The notes: generated by a model not told the origin, from the letters alone. A DNA stretch of 64,000 nucleotides from Lentisphaeraceae bacterium (GCA_004555175.1 SFJE01000012.1:2961-66960); one strand, 5' to 3'; shown: positions 26,599-35,829, counted from the first letter of the stretch. Numbers and translations: made by a program.

Positions 26599-27978
26599 AT
26601 GAAAGTGTGCAAGTTTGGCGGTTCCTCCGTCGCGGACGACGTGCAGGTTGCCAAGATCTGCGATATTGTGGCCTCGGATCCGGCCCGCCGGATTGTGGTG
26701 GTTTCGGCCCCCGGGAAGCGGAATAAGCAGGATACGAAGGTGACCGATCTGCTGATTGAGTGCGCCGGGCGGTGCCTGACGCAGAAGGATCCGCAGGAGG
26801 TGCTCGAGGCCATCGTTGAGCGCTACGCGCAGATTTACCGAGGGCTGGGGCTGGATAAGAATCGCGAGACGGAAGGGGTTCTGGCCGAGATCCGCGCAGA
26901 CTTGGAGCAGCGCGTCGCGTCGATGGATCTCTCCAATGCCGCACGCTTTATGGATTCGATGAAGGCGGCGGGCGAGGATAACTCGGCGCGCATTGTGGCG
27001 GCAGCCTTCCGGGCGCGTGGCATTCGCGCGGCCTACAAGAACCCCGGCGAGGCGGGGCTGTTGATGTCGGACGACTTTGGCAATGCGCAGGTGTTGCCTG
27101 AATCGTATGACCGGCTGGCGAACTTGGCCTTCGATGCCGAGCGCGAGATTGTGGTCTTTCCGGGCTTCTTTGGCGTGACGCGTAAGGGGGAGATTGCCAC
27201 CTTCCCGCGCGGCGGCTCGGATATCACTGGGTCTATTTTGGCCGCGGCGGTGAAGGCGAAGGTCTACGAGAACTTTACGGATGTCGATGCGGTCTACCCG
27301 GTGGATCCGCGCTTGGTGCCGGAGGTTTCCGAGGGGATTGCGGAGATGACCTACCGCGAGATGCGCGAACTCTCCTACGCCGGCTTTGGCGTCTTCCAGG
27401 ATGAGGCGATTATCCCGGCGGTGAAGGCGGCTATCCCAATCAATATCCGTAACACCAACCATCCGGACGCGCCCGGGACGATGATCCTCCATCACCGCCG
27501 CGCGCGGCAGGGGTCGGTGGTGGGCATTGCCTCCTCCTCGGGCTTCTGCACGCTCTATATCGATAAGTATATGATGAACCGCGAGGTCGGCTTTGGGCGT
27601 AAGCTCTTGCAGATCCTTGAGGACGAGGGGATCTCCTACGAGCACATGCCCTCGGGCATCGACAATGTCTCGGTCATCTTCCGCGAAGAGGGCTTCACCC
27701 CCGAGGTGGAAGGGCGCGTGCGCGACCATATTATGCGCGATTTGCAGCCCGACAACCTCCAGATTGAGCGCGGCACCTCGCTGATTATGATTGTTGGCGA
27801 AGGGCTCTACTACACCCCCGGGATGGCCGCCCATGCCACCTTGGCGCTCTTCCGCGAAGGGATCTCGATTGATATGATGAATCAGGGCTCCTCGGAGATT
27901 TCGATGATGTTCGGGGTGCAGAGTTCCCATCGCGAGGCCGCCGTCCGCGCCCTCTATCACGCCTTCTTCAAGGCCTAG
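26599..27978 (+). CDS. lysC: Aspartate kinase
   Basis: MKVCKFGGSSVAD...VVVSAPGKRNK amino-acid-kinase N-terminus and C-terminal ACT-like repeats. AAGGAG SD at 26582-26587. Confidence 0.9.
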   Translation: MKVCKFGGSSVADDVQVAKICDIVASDPARRIVVVSAPGKRNKQDTKVTDLLIECAGRCLTQKDPQEVLEAIVERYAQIYRGLGLDKNRETEGVLAEIRADLEQRVASMDLSNAARFMDSMKAAGEDNSARIVAAAFRARGIRAAYKNPGEAGLLMSDDFGNAQVLPESYDRLANLAFDAEREIVVFPGFFGVTRKGEIATFPRGGSDITGSILAAAVKAKVYENFTDVDAVYPVDPRLVPEVSEGIAEMTYREMRELSYAGFGVFQDEAIIPAVKAAIPINIRNTNHPDAPGTMILHHRRARQGSVVGIASSSGFCTLYIDKYMMNREVGFGRKLLQILEDEGISYEHMPSGIDNVSVIFREEGFTPEVEGRVRDHIMRDLQPDNLQIERGTSLIMIVGEGLYYTPGMAAHATLALFREGISIDMMNQGSSEISMMFGVQSSHREAAVRALYHAFFKA

Positions 27979-27989
27979 GTTCAGCGAAG

Positions 27990-28016
27990 GGGAGCGCAGC
28001 GCGCGCTTCCCTTTTT
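27990..28016 (+). terminator. Probable rho-independent terminator after aspartate kinase
   Basis: GC-rich hairpin gggagcgc / gcgcttccc with one bulge, followed by TTTTT. Confidence 0.55.
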
Positions 28017-28062
28017 GCCGAAAATGTGATAGCGTGTGAGTGACGATTGAGAGAGTGCGTGT

Positions 28063-29190
28063 ATGTTTGACCGCGATGCCATCGTTGCGCGTTTGACCAA
28101 GCTCCAGACGAGCTTGGAGGAGATGCGTGCCTACCTGAAGATTGACGAGCGCCAAGCCCGATTGGATGCCGCTGAGGCCAAGCAGGCCGAGCCCGGCTTT
28201 TGGGATAACCCCGAGGCCGCGCGGGGCGTGATTGCCGAGGGCAATGCCGAAAAGGCCTTCATCTATCCCTTCAACGACTTGACCAGTGCCATTGAGGAGG
28301 GCGAGATGGCCCTGGAGATGGCCGATGCCGAAGCCCCCGGTGAAGAGCAGGATTTGATGGCTGGCGAAGCCGAGACCGCACTCGAAAAGGCCGAAAAGCT
28401 GGAAGATAAGCTGCGCTTGCAGTCGCTCCTCTGTGGCAAGCTCGATGCGTGCAATGCGATTTTGACCTTGCACTCTGGCGCTGGCGGCACGGAGGCGTGC
28501 GACTGGGCATCGATGCTCTACCGGATGTATCAGATGTATGCCGAGGATGCAGGCTTCGAGGTGGAAGTGCTGGATCTGCAGCCGGGTGATGAGGCGGGCA
28601 TCAAGAGCGTGATGTTTGTCATCAAGGGACCCTATGCCTATGGCTACTTGAAGGCCGAGCGCGGGGTGCACCGGCTGGTGCGTATTTCGCCCTTCGATGC
28701 CGCCAAGCGCCGGCACACCTCCTTTGTCTCGCTGGATGTGGTGGCCGAAATCTCCGACGATGTGGATGTGGAGATTAAGGAAGAGGATCTGCGGGTGGAT
28801 ACCTACCGCTCTGGCGGCGCAGGCGGGCAGAAGGTTAATAAGACCGATTCGGCCGTGCGCCTGACCCACTTGCCCACGGGCATCGTGGTGGCCTGCCAGG
28901 TGGAGCGCTCGCAGCACCAGAACAAGGCGCGCGCAATGCAGGTCCTCAAGGCCAAGCTCTATGAACTGGAGATGGATAAGAAGCGCAAGGAGATGGAGCG
29001 CTTCTATGGCGACAAGGGCGAAATCGCCTGGGGCAGCCAAATCCGCTCCTACGTCTTCCAGCCCTACACCATGGTCAAGGACCACCGTACCGGCCACGAG
29101 ACGGCTAACGTGCAGGGGATGATGGACGGTAAGTACGTCCAGGGCTTTATTGAAGCCTACCTGAAGCAGCGCGCGCAAGATTCGCAGTAG
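28063..29190 (+). CDS. prfB: Peptide chain release factor 2
   Basis: SPF tripeptide (RISPFDAAKRRHTSF) and GGQ motif (SGGAGGQKVNKTDSAVRLTH). The protein is encoded in a single frame. Confidence 0.92.
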   Translation: MFDRDAIVARLTKLQTSLEEMRAYLKIDERQARLDAAEAKQAEPGFWDNPEAARGVIAEGNAEKAFIYPFNDLTSAIEEGEMALEMADAEAPGEEQDLMAGEAETALEKAEKLEDKLRLQSLLCGKLDACNAILTLHSGAGGTEACDWASMLYRMYQMYAEDAGFEVEVLDLQPGDEAGIKSVMFVIKGPYAYGYLKAERGVHRLVRISPFDAAKRRHTSFVSLDVVAEISDDVDVEIKEEDLRVDTYRSGGAGGQKVNKTDSAVRLTHLPTGIVVACQVERSQHQNKARAMQVLKAKLYELEMDKKRKEMERFYGDKGEIAWGSQIRSYVFQPYTMVKDHRTGHETANVQGMMDGKYVQGFIEAYLKQRAQDSQ

Positions 29191-29219
29191 TTCTTAACAA
29201 CAGAAAGGAAGTTTCGCTT

Positions 29220-30560
29220 ATGACGTACGAAGAAGCCAAGCAGGCGCTTGAGGCCAACGGTCAGCCCCAGGTGTTGCAGTTCTGGGAGAAGCTCGATGCC
29301 GCCGCGCAGGCCGCCTTGCTCGCGCAGATCGAGACGCTCGACTTTGCCGCGATTGCGCGGATGCAGGAGATGCTTAAGCAGAGCGGGACCCCGGCTGCCG
29401 CCGCGGGCGCCTTCGAGCCGGCCGCTGTGGAAATCCCTGAGGGGGATGCCTTGGCCGCTTGCGTTGAGCAGGGCGAGGCGTTGCTCCGCGCCGGCAAGGT
29501 GGCGGTGCTGCTGGTGGCCGGTGGGCAGGGCTCGCGCCTGGGCTACGAAGGCCCCAAGGGTGCCTATCCGATTGGGCCGATTACCGATGCGCCGCTCTTT
29601 TGGTTCCACGCGCGCAAGATTCTCGGCCTCGACCGCACCTACAACACGCATGTGCCCTTCTACATTATGACCTCCGAGACCAATGACGCGGCCACCCGCG
29701 CCCACTTCGAGGAGCACGACTACTTCGGCCTGCCGCGCGAAGATGTCTTCTTCTTCGTCCAGGGCATGTGGCCGGCGTTGACCCCCGAGGGGAAGATCAT
29801 CCTTGATAAGCCCGGGCACATCTTCATGAGCCCCGATGGTCACGGTGGCACCCTCGCGGCCCTCGACCGCTCCGGCGCCCTGGCCGATATGGCCAAGCGC
29901 GGCATCGAGCAGGTCTTCTTCTTCCAGGTCGATAACCCGATGGTTGAGATCGCCGATCCGGCCTTCGTGGGGCTGCACGCGGCCAAGGGTGCAGAGATGA
30001 CCCTCAAGGTCTGCCTCAAGCGCGATGCGCATGAGGGGATGGGCGTGGTGGTCGTGCGCGATGGGCACTTCGCGATGGTGGAATACTCCGAGCTCTCCGA
30101 TGAGCAGATGGAGCGCACCAATCCCGATGGTTCGCTCTGGCTCGCCTACGGTTCGCCCGCCATTCATATGTTCTCCTACGCCTTCCTTAAGGCCGAGGCC
30201 GAGCGCAATATGCCCCTCCACCTCGCCCACAAGAAGATCGCGATGGTCAACGCCGCCGGTGAAGTCGTCAAGCCCGAAAAGCCCAACGGCTACAAGTTCG
30301 AGAAGTTCATCTTCGATGTCATCCCCAATGCCAAGCGGGTCTTCACCCTGGCCTTCGACCGCACGCAGGAGTTCTCCCCGGTGAAGAATGCCGAGGGCAA
30401 CGACTCCCCGGCCACCGCCAAGCGTGACATTCAGACCAAGTGGCGCGCCTGGCTCGCCGAAGCCGGCATCTCCCTCCCCGAGGCCACCCCCGTGGAGATC
30501 GACCCGGCCTACGCCCTCAACGCCGCCCAGCTTAAGGCCAAGGGCCTGCGCATTAGCTAA
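29220..30560 (+). CDS. UDPGP-family UDP-sugar / UDP-N-acetylhexosamine pyrophosphorylase (UAP1-like)
   Basis: VAVLLVAGGQGSRLGYEGPKGAYPIG nucleotide-binding loop and PDGHGG motif typical of the UTP--glucose-1-phosphate uridylyltransferase (UDPGP) family. GAAAGGAA SD 9 nt upstream. Confidence 0.8.
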   Translation: MTYEEAKQALEANGQPQVLQFWEKLDAAAQAALLAQIETLDFAAIARMQEMLKQSGTPAAAAGAFEPAAVEIPEGDALAACVEQGEALLRAGKVAVLLVAGGQGSRLGYEGPKGAYPIGPITDAPLFWFHARKILGLDRTYNTHVPFYIMTSETNDAATRAHFEEHDYFGLPREDVFFFVQGMWPALTPEGKIILDKPGHIFMSPDGHGGTLAALDRSGALADMAKRGIEQVFFFQVDNPMVEIADPAFVGLHAAKGAEMTLKVCLKRDAHEGMGVVVVRDGHFAMVEYSELSDEQMERTNPDGSLWLAYGSPAIHMFSYAFLKAEAERNMPLHLAHKKIAMVNAAGEVVKPEKPNGYKFEKFIFDVIPNAKRVFTLAFDRTQEFSPVKNAEGNDSPATAKRDIQTKWRAWLAEAGISLPEATPVEIDPAYALNAAQLKAKGLRIS

Positions 30561-30579
30561 GCGCGCGAAGTGGTAAACG

Positions 30580-30620
30580 AACACGTGCGCGAGCGCCACT
30601 GGCGTTCGCGCACGTGTTTT
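30580..30620 (+). terminator. Long hairpin terminator after the UDPGP gene
   Basis: 13-bp perfect stem aacacgtgcgcga / tcgcgcacgtgtt with a structured loop, running into TTTT. Confidence 0.7.
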
Positions 30621-30732
30621 GATGGGGCGGGAGAACGCGGCGCGCTGGCGCACGCCGCGCGATCGGCGGGGCTTCCGCCTCTGCGTGGGTGGGCCGCGGG
30701 GACGCGGCCCGTCAAAACGTGCAAGCCGTGCC

Positions 30733-30821
30733 CGGCCTTCACCTTGCACACCTTTCTGGGCGGCTAAAGCCACCCGCTACGATTAGCGCCTTCGCTTCGC
30801 TCGGCCTTCACCTTGCACACC
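30733..30821. repeat. Two identical 20-nt direct repeats cggccttcaccttgcacacc (30733-30752 and 30802-30821)
   Basis: Read directly, with starts 69 bp apart. They lie in the 390-bp intergenic region upstream of rpmI. Confidence 0.9.
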
Positions 30822-30838
30822 GCACGCGTAAATTATGC

Positions 30839-30867
30839 TTGTATCTGCGGGTGGAGTTTGGTAAAAT
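30839..30867 (+). promoter_or_regulatory. Putative rpmI-rplT promoter (TTGTAT-17 nt-TAAAAT, extended -10 TGgTAAAAT)
   Basis: Pattern match only. It would leave a 5' UTR of about 75 nt before ATG 30951. Confidence 0.4.
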
Positions 30868-30950
30868 TCGCGGCCAAATCTGCTGAAGACGGCTTTCTGG
30901 CTGACTGCCGCCGACGCAGAGCGAACGAACAAAGGTAAAGGATTCACATC

Positions 30951-31145
30951 ATGCCTAAGATCAAGACCAAACGGTCTGCGACCAAGAAGTTCAAAATGTC
31001 GGCCACGGGCAAGGCTATGCGTACGCAGGGTGGCAAGCGCCATCTCAACGGGTACAAGTCCCGCGGCCGCAAGCGTAATCTCCGTGGTTCCGCTGTTGTT
31101 TACGAAGGCAATCAGAAGATGGTTGCCCGGATGCTGCAGGCCTAA
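30951..31145 (+). CDS. rpmI: 50S ribosomal protein L35
   Basis: MPKIKTKRSATKKFKMSATGK...RHLNGYKSRGRKRNLR is a typical L35 sequence. Confidence 0.95.
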   Translation: MPKIKTKRSATKKFKMSATGKAMRTQGGKRHLNGYKSRGRKRNLRGSAVVYEGNQKMVARMLQA

Positions 31146-31163
31146 CCTAGGAGGAAATGAACT

Positions 31164-31526
31164 ATGCGCGCTACTAATGCTGTTGCTTCCCGTGAACGTC
31201 GCCGCCGCCGCCTGAAACTCGCCCGCGGGTTTTATGGCGCTCGCAGCAAGCAGTTCCGCCTGGCCACCGAGGCCGTCGATCGCGCTCAGCGCCTTGCCAC
31301 TTGGCACCGTAAGCTGCGTAAGCGTGACTTCCGCCAGCTTTGGATTGCCCGTATCAATGCCGCCGTGCATTCCATCGCCGATGCCAAGGTTCCGAACTAC
31401 TCCCGTTTCATCGAGGGGTTGACGAAGGCCGGCATCTCGGTGAACCGCAAGATGCTCTCGGAGATCGCGATTGCGGACTTCGAAGGCTTCAAGGCGCTCG
31501 TTGCCAAGGCCGCCGCTGCGCTCTAA
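31164..31526 (+). CDS. rplT: 50S ribosomal protein L20
   Basis: RRRRRLKLARGFYGARSKQFR...RKRDFRQLWIARINAA is a typical L20 sequence. AGGAGG SD upstream. Confidence 0.95.
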   Translation: MRATNAVASRERRRRRLKLARGFYGARSKQFRLATEAVDRAQRLATWHRKLRKRDFRQLWIARINAAVHSIADAKVPNYSRFIEGLTKAGISVNRKMLSEIAIADFEGFKALVAKAAAAL

Positions 31527-31557
31527 GTCGCAGCGTCAGCAACTGGATTCGCAATAA

Positions 31558-31592
31558 GGGCTTCCGGGAGACCGGGAGCCCTTTCTGTTTTG
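31558..31592 (+). terminator. Rho-independent terminator after rplT
   Basis: 10-bp stem gggcttccgg / ccgggagccc (one G-U pair) with loop gaga, then TTTCTGTTTT. Confidence 0.8.
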
Positions 31593-31724
31593 GGGTGCAC
31601 CGGCGCGCCTCGCCCTGTTCGGCCTTCACGCGAGCGATAGCGAGCACCTGCGCTTGTGCGGTGCGTGTGTGCACGGTTGGAAATTATGATATACTGCGCG
31701 CAGTCCAAAGGAAAGTGTACGTAT

Positions 31725-32930
31725 ATGGCAAAGCTTTCGATTGAGAATATCCGTCACGCCGCTGAGGTGTTGCGCGAGGTTGCACGGAAGACGGATATGA
31801 TTTTTGCTCCGAAGTTATCGGCGCAGGCCGATGTTTGGCTGAAGACCGAGAATCTGCAGGTGACCGGTTCATTCAAGGTGCGCGGGGCCTACTACAAGAT
31901 TTCCAAGTTGACCGAGGCGGAGTTGGCGCGCGGGGTGATTGCCTGCAGCGCGGGGAACCACGCGCAGGGGGTGGCCCTGGGCGCGCAGAAGCGCGGGGCC
32001 AAGGCGATTATTTGCATGCCTGATATTGCGCCGATTGCCAAGATTGAGGCGACCAAGAGCTATGGCGCGGAGGTGCGCTTAATTCCGGGCTCCTACGATG
32101 ACGCAAGCGCCTACGCCCAGCGCCTCTGCAAGGAGAGGGGGATGACCTTTGTTCACCCCTTCGACGATCCGGATGTGATTGCCGGGCAGGGAACGGTTGG
32201 GCTGGAGATCTTGGAGCAGCTGCCGGAGGTGGATGCGGTCTTTGTGCCGATTGGCGGCGGCGGACTGATTTCCGGCGTGGCCTATGCCATCAAGCAGCTT
32301 AAGCCCGCCTGCAAGGTCTATGGCGTGCAGGCGGCCGAGGCGGCGAGTATGAAGCGCTCGATTGAGGCGCAGGATAAACTGACGCTGTTGACGGCGAACA
32401 CCTTTGCCGATGGCATCGCGGTTAAGCACCCGGGGGACTTGACCTTCGAGACGGTGCAACAGTATGTCGATGGCATCGTCACGGTCTCGGAGGACGAGAT
32501 TGCCGCGGCCATTCTCTTCCTAATTGAGCAGCGCAAGCTGGTCTGCGAAGGGGCGGGCGCGGTCTCGGTGGCGGCGATGATCTACGACAAGGTGCCAGAG
32601 CTGAAGGGGAAGAAGGTCTGCTGCCTGCTCTCGGGCGGCAATATTGATGTGAACATCCTCAGCCGCGTGATCTATCGCGGTCTGTTGGCGAGCGGGCGGC
32701 GGGCGGAGATCCGCCTGACGCTGCCGGATAAGCCCGGGCAGCTGGCGAAGGTCTCGGAGATCGTCTCGCAGTGCGGCGGGAATGTGGTTGGCGTGAGCTA
32801 CGGTCCCTCGGGGGTCGATACGGCGCTGGCTTCGTGCGTGCTCAATTTGCAGCTGGAGACGCGCAACTTTGAGCAGATTGGGCAGATTCACGGCGCCCTC
32901 GAGGCGCACGGGTACGTGCTCTTGCGCTAA
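31725..32930 (+). CDS. ilvA: Threonine ammonia-lyase (threonine dehydratase) with a C-terminal ACT-like domain
   Basis: PLP-lysine motif TGSFKVRGA, SAGNHAQGVAL, and C-terminal LTLPDKPGQLAKVSEIV. Start set at ATG 31725 with SD AAAGGAAAG. TGaTATACT at 31687-31695 is a possible extended -10. Confidence 0.88.
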   Translation: MAKLSIENIRHAAEVLREVARKTDMIFAPKLSAQADVWLKTENLQVTGSFKVRGAYYKISKLTEAELARGVIACSAGNHAQGVALGAQKRGAKAIICMPDIAPIAKIEATKSYGAEVRLIPGSYDDASAYAQRLCKERGMTFVHPFDDPDVIAGQGTVGLEILEQLPEVDAVFVPIGGGGLISGVAYAIKQLKPACKVYGVQAAEAASMKRSIEAQDKLTLLTANTFADGIAVKHPGDLTFETVQQYVDGIVTVSEDEIAAAILFLIEQRKLVCEGAGAVSVAAMIYDKVPELKGKKVCCLLSGGNIDVNILSRVIYRGLLASGRRAEIRLTLPDKPGQLAKVSEIVSQCGGNVVGVSYGPSGVDTALASCVLNLQLETRNFEQIGQIHGALEAHGYVLLR

Positions 32931-32942
32931 GGTCTGGCCACG

Positions 32943-33671
32943 ATGCTCGAGTTCCTGGAAGCCAGCTTCCAATATGCACCCGGACGCGGCATCGTCGGGG
33001 CGAACCTCAAGGTTGCGCCCGGCGAGGTGTTGGGCGTGGTGGGGGGCAATGGTGCCGGGAAGTCGACCCTCTTGGGGTTGGCCGCAGCGGCGATGGTGCC
33101 GCAGTCGGGCGAGGTGCGCCTGTCGCTGACCGATTTGGCCGGGCGCACGCGGCGCTTCCGGACGGACGCGGGGCTGGCCTATCGGCGGCGGGTGGGCTAT
33201 TTGACCGAGCTTGCGCCGGTCTATGAAGACCTCACGGTGGTGCGCTATCTGCGCTTTCGGGCCAAGGTGCGCGGGGAGCGCTTTTTGCGTATTCGCCGGC
33301 GGGTGAATGAGGCGCTTGAGCGGTGCGGGTTGGAGGCCTTGCGGCGTGAGCGGATTGGGCGGCTTTCGCTAGGTTTGCGGCGGCGGGTGGCCTTGGCCGA
33401 TGCAATTTTGACGGTGCCGCCGGTGTTGGTGTTGGATGATCCCTTTGCGGGGATTGACGCGGGGCAACGCGCGGTCTTCTCCCGGATGATTCGTGAGGTG
33501 GCCTCGCGCAGTCATGTGCTGATCAGTGGGCACGATCCGCAGTTGTTGGCTGCGTGCTGTACGAGTTTTTGCGTGGTTCGACAGGGGAAGTTGCTTCCCG
33601 AGCGGTTGACGGCGCAGGAGGCGCTGGCGGTGCTTAATCCGCCGCAGACCCAGGGGGAGCAGGAGGCGTAA
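32943..33671 (+). CDS. ABC transporter ATP-binding protein
   Basis: Walker A GGNGAGKST, signature LSLGLRRR, Walker B VLVLDDP. Confidence 0.88.
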   Translation: MLEFLEASFQYAPGRGIVGANLKVAPGEVLGVVGGNGAGKSTLLGLAAAAMVPQSGEVRLSLTDLAGRTRRFRTDAGLAYRRRVGYLTELAPVYEDLTVVRYLRFRAKVRGERFLRIRRRVNEALERCGLEALRRERIGRLSLGLRRRVALADAILTVPPVLVLDDPFAGIDAGQRAVFSRMIREVASRSHVLISGHDPQLLAACCTSFCVVRQGKLLPERLTAQEALAVLNPPQTQGEQEA

Positions 33672-34423
33672 TGGCACTGGGCATTATCATCCGCCGTGAG
33701 TTCTTCCAGCTGGCGCACTCGGTGCACGGCTTGGGGCCTTTGGGCTTGGCGCTGGCGGGCTCGGGAGGTTTGTTGGTGTGGTTTTTGCAGCGGGCGGAGG
33801 GGACGATGGAGACGCTGCCGGCGCTTTGGGGGTTATCAGCGGCGATTGGGTTGCCCTTTTTGGCAGCGGTGGCCGCTTCGCGCGGCTTTACGCAGGATCG
33901 CGAGGGGGGGATGTTGCGATTGATGTTCGCCACGCCAGTGCGTTCGCGCGGTTGGGTGTGGGGAAAGGTGTGGGCGGCCTGGGGGCTGTGTATGGTCTAT
34001 CTGGGCGGCCTCTCCGTGGCGTGCTGGGTGCTGTTGCGGTGGCTCTTGCCAGAATCTGCGCAGGTGCCGTGGTCCTGGCTTGGCTTTCTCTTCGCCGGCG
34101 GCGCCCTGGCGGTGCAGGCGCTCTTTTGGAGTGCGCTCGGGACGTTGATTTCGCTCTTTTCGCGCAGTTCGGCCTCCACCTTCCTGCTTTCGCTCTTGGC
34201 GTGCGCCTTGGTGCCGCCGTTAATGTGCCGGGCGGGACGGCTTTTGACGCCGGGGGCAACGGTACAGTGGCCGTGGTTCCCCTTTCAGGCGATGGTCTAC
34301 GATTGTGCCGGGGGCGTGCTGGATCTCCGCCTGTTGGTCGGGAGCTTGGCGATGACCGCGGTTTTCGTCTATGCTGCTGGGTTGGTCTTTGATGCCTTGC
34401 GGCTGTGTGCCACGGAGCGGTGA
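33671..34423 (+). CDS. ABC-2-type permease / polytopic membrane protein
   Basis: About 6 hydrophobic segments. The start overlaps the ATPase stop (TAATG), which suggests translational coupling. Confidence 0.7.
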   Translation: MALGIIIRREFFQLAHSVHGLGPLGLALAGSGGLLVWFLQRAEGTMETLPALWGLSAAIGLPFLAAVAASRGFTQDREGGMLRLMFATPVRSRGWVWGKVWAAWGLCMVYLGGLSVACWVLLRWLLPESAQVPWSWLGFLFAGGALAVQALFWSALGTLISLFSRSSASTFLLSLLACALVPPLMCRAGRLLTPGATVQWPWFPFQAMVYDCAGGVLDLRLLVGSLAMTAVFVYAAGLVFDALRLCATER

Positions 34424-34430
34424 GGGGCGG

Positions 34431-35360
34431 ATGGACGCAGTTCGCACAGGGCTCTTGCACGCGTTTGCCACTGGCCGTCCGGCGCAGGCCTACTTGATTG
34501 TGGGGCCGGTGCGGACGGCGGGGAGCGAGCTCGCCGAGTGGATTGGGCGGCAGTTGATCGGCGATGAGCCGACCATTGGCGAGCACGCCCACCCGGATAT
34601 GCCCTGGTTTAAGCCCGAGAAGAAGAGCCGCATTATCAGCGTGGAGATGATGCGTGAGCAGATTTTGCCGATGGCCCAGCAATCCGCCCTCTGCGGCGGA
34701 TGGAAGGTGCCGGTGATTGTCTCGGCAGATCGCCTGAAGGCTGAGGCCGCGAACGCCTTCTTGAAGACGTTGGAAGAGCCTCCACCAAAGACCCTTTTTC
34801 TGCTGTTGGTCGATGCCATGACCGATTTGCTGCCAACGATCGTCTCCCGTTGCCAGGTGTTGCACTTGGAGGGGCAGCGGCGCTTGGATGAACCGTGGCG
34901 TGGGCAGCTCCTGGGGCTTCTTTCGGGGATTACCTCCAAGAGTGTCCTGCAAGATACGGCGCGGGCCGATGTGCTTTGCGCCATCCTTGATGATATGAAC
35001 AAGAGCGCCGAGAAGCAGGTGCGCGAAGAGGCGAAGGAGAATAGCGCTGTGCTTGAGGATAAGGAGGTCCTCGATGCGCTGGTTGGCGCACGGGCCAAAA
35101 CTTGGCGCGCAGATTTGCTCTTGACGCTGGAACAGTGGATGGGCGACTTGGTTCGCCTGGCCGCCTCCGCCGGTTCGCCCGAGGCGCCAACGCTCTCCTT
35201 CCCCTCGTATGCTCCCGCGCTCGCTGCTCGGGCCAAGGTTTACCCCCTCGCGAAGCTGTTGGAAAACCTGACCATGCTCGAGCAGCTCTCCATTCAACTG
35301 GAGCGCAACATCGCCCCGGCGCAGGTCCTCCCTTACTGGCTTGACCGCTTCTTCCTCTGA
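34431..35360 (+). CDS. holB: DNA polymerase III subunit delta-prime
   Basis: AYLIVGP ... FLKTLEEPPPKTLFLLL ... LPTIVSRCQVLHL motifs. Start set at ATG 34431 (MDAVRTG). Confidence 0.85.
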   Translation: MDAVRTGLLHAFATGRPAQAYLIVGPVRTAGSELAEWIGRQLIGDEPTIGEHAHPDMPWFKPEKKSRIISVEMMREQILPMAQQSALCGGWKVPVIVSADRLKAEAANAFLKTLEEPPPKTLFLLLVDAMTDLLPTIVSRCQVLHLEGQRRLDEPWRGQLLGLLSGITSKSVLQDTARADVLCAILDDMNKSAEKQVREEAKENSAVLEDKEVLDALVGARAKTWRADLLLTLEQWMGDLVRLAASAGSPEAPTLSFPSYAPALAARAKVYPLAKLLENLTMLEQLSIQLERNIAPAQVLPYWLDRFFL

Positions 35361-35374
35361 CGAAAGGAATTGTG

Positions 35375-35815
35375 ATGAAACTCTTGTTACTCAATGGCCC
35401 AAATCTGCGCTTGCTCGGCACGCGCGAGCCGGAGATTTACGGGCGCTTTTCCTTGGCCGATGCCGAAGCATTGGCACGCGAAACGGCCCACCGTTTGGGG
35501 GCGGAACTGGATGTCTTCCAGAGTGATGTGGAGGGCGAATTGGTCTCGAAGGTTGGTGCGGCGCGCGGGGTCTACGATGGCTTGATTATCAATCCTGCGG
35601 CCTACACGCACACCTCCGTGGCACTGCGTGATGCGATTGCCGCGAGCGAGTTGCCGGCGGTGGAGCTGCACATTTCCAATACGCATCGGCGCGAAGCCTT
35701 CCGCCAGGTGTCCTATACCGCGCCGGTATGCGTGGCGCAGTTGATGGGTTTTGGTCTGCAAGGCTATGCGCTGGCCGTGGAGGGTCTAGTGGCCCACCTC
35801 AAGGCAAAGCAGTAA
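35375..35815 (+). CDS. aroQ: Type II 3-dehydroquinate dehydratase
   Basis: MKLLLLNGPNLRLLGTREPEIYG, INPAAYTHTSVALRDA and HISNTHRRE motifs. Confidence 0.93.
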   Translation: MKLLLLNGPNLRLLGTREPEIYGRFSLADAEALARETAHRLGAELDVFQSDVEGELVSKVGAARGVYDGLIINPAAYTHTSVALRDAIAASELPAVELHISNTHRREAFRQVSYTAPVCVAQLMGFGLQGYALAVEGLVAHLKAKQ

Positions 35816-35829
35816 GCGGAGGAACGTGA

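Noticed and set aside
28063-28200. A programmed +1 frameshift in prfB.
   Set aside because: There is no in-frame UGA or CUUUGAC motif, and the full RF2 is encoded in one frame.
25103-30773. Minus-strand ORFs 25103..26476 (457 aa), 26518..29178 (886 aa) and 29157..30773 (538 aa).
   Set aside because: They are antisense shadows of hom, aspartate kinase, prfB and the UDPGP gene, all of which carry diagnostic motifs. The shadow translations have no recognisable motifs.
30557-30886. Small ORFs in the UDPGP-rpmI intergenic region (30570..30767 +, 30557..30751 -, 30689..30886 +).
   Set aside because: They have no SD and Arg/Gly/Ala-rich composition. They run across the terminator hairpin and the direct repeats, so they more likely reflect repeat sequence than coding.
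33888-35421. Minus-strand ORFs 33888..35297 (469 aa), 34490..35236 and 34930..35421.
   Set aside because: They are antisense to the permease and holB genes, with Pro/Arg-rich nonsense composition.
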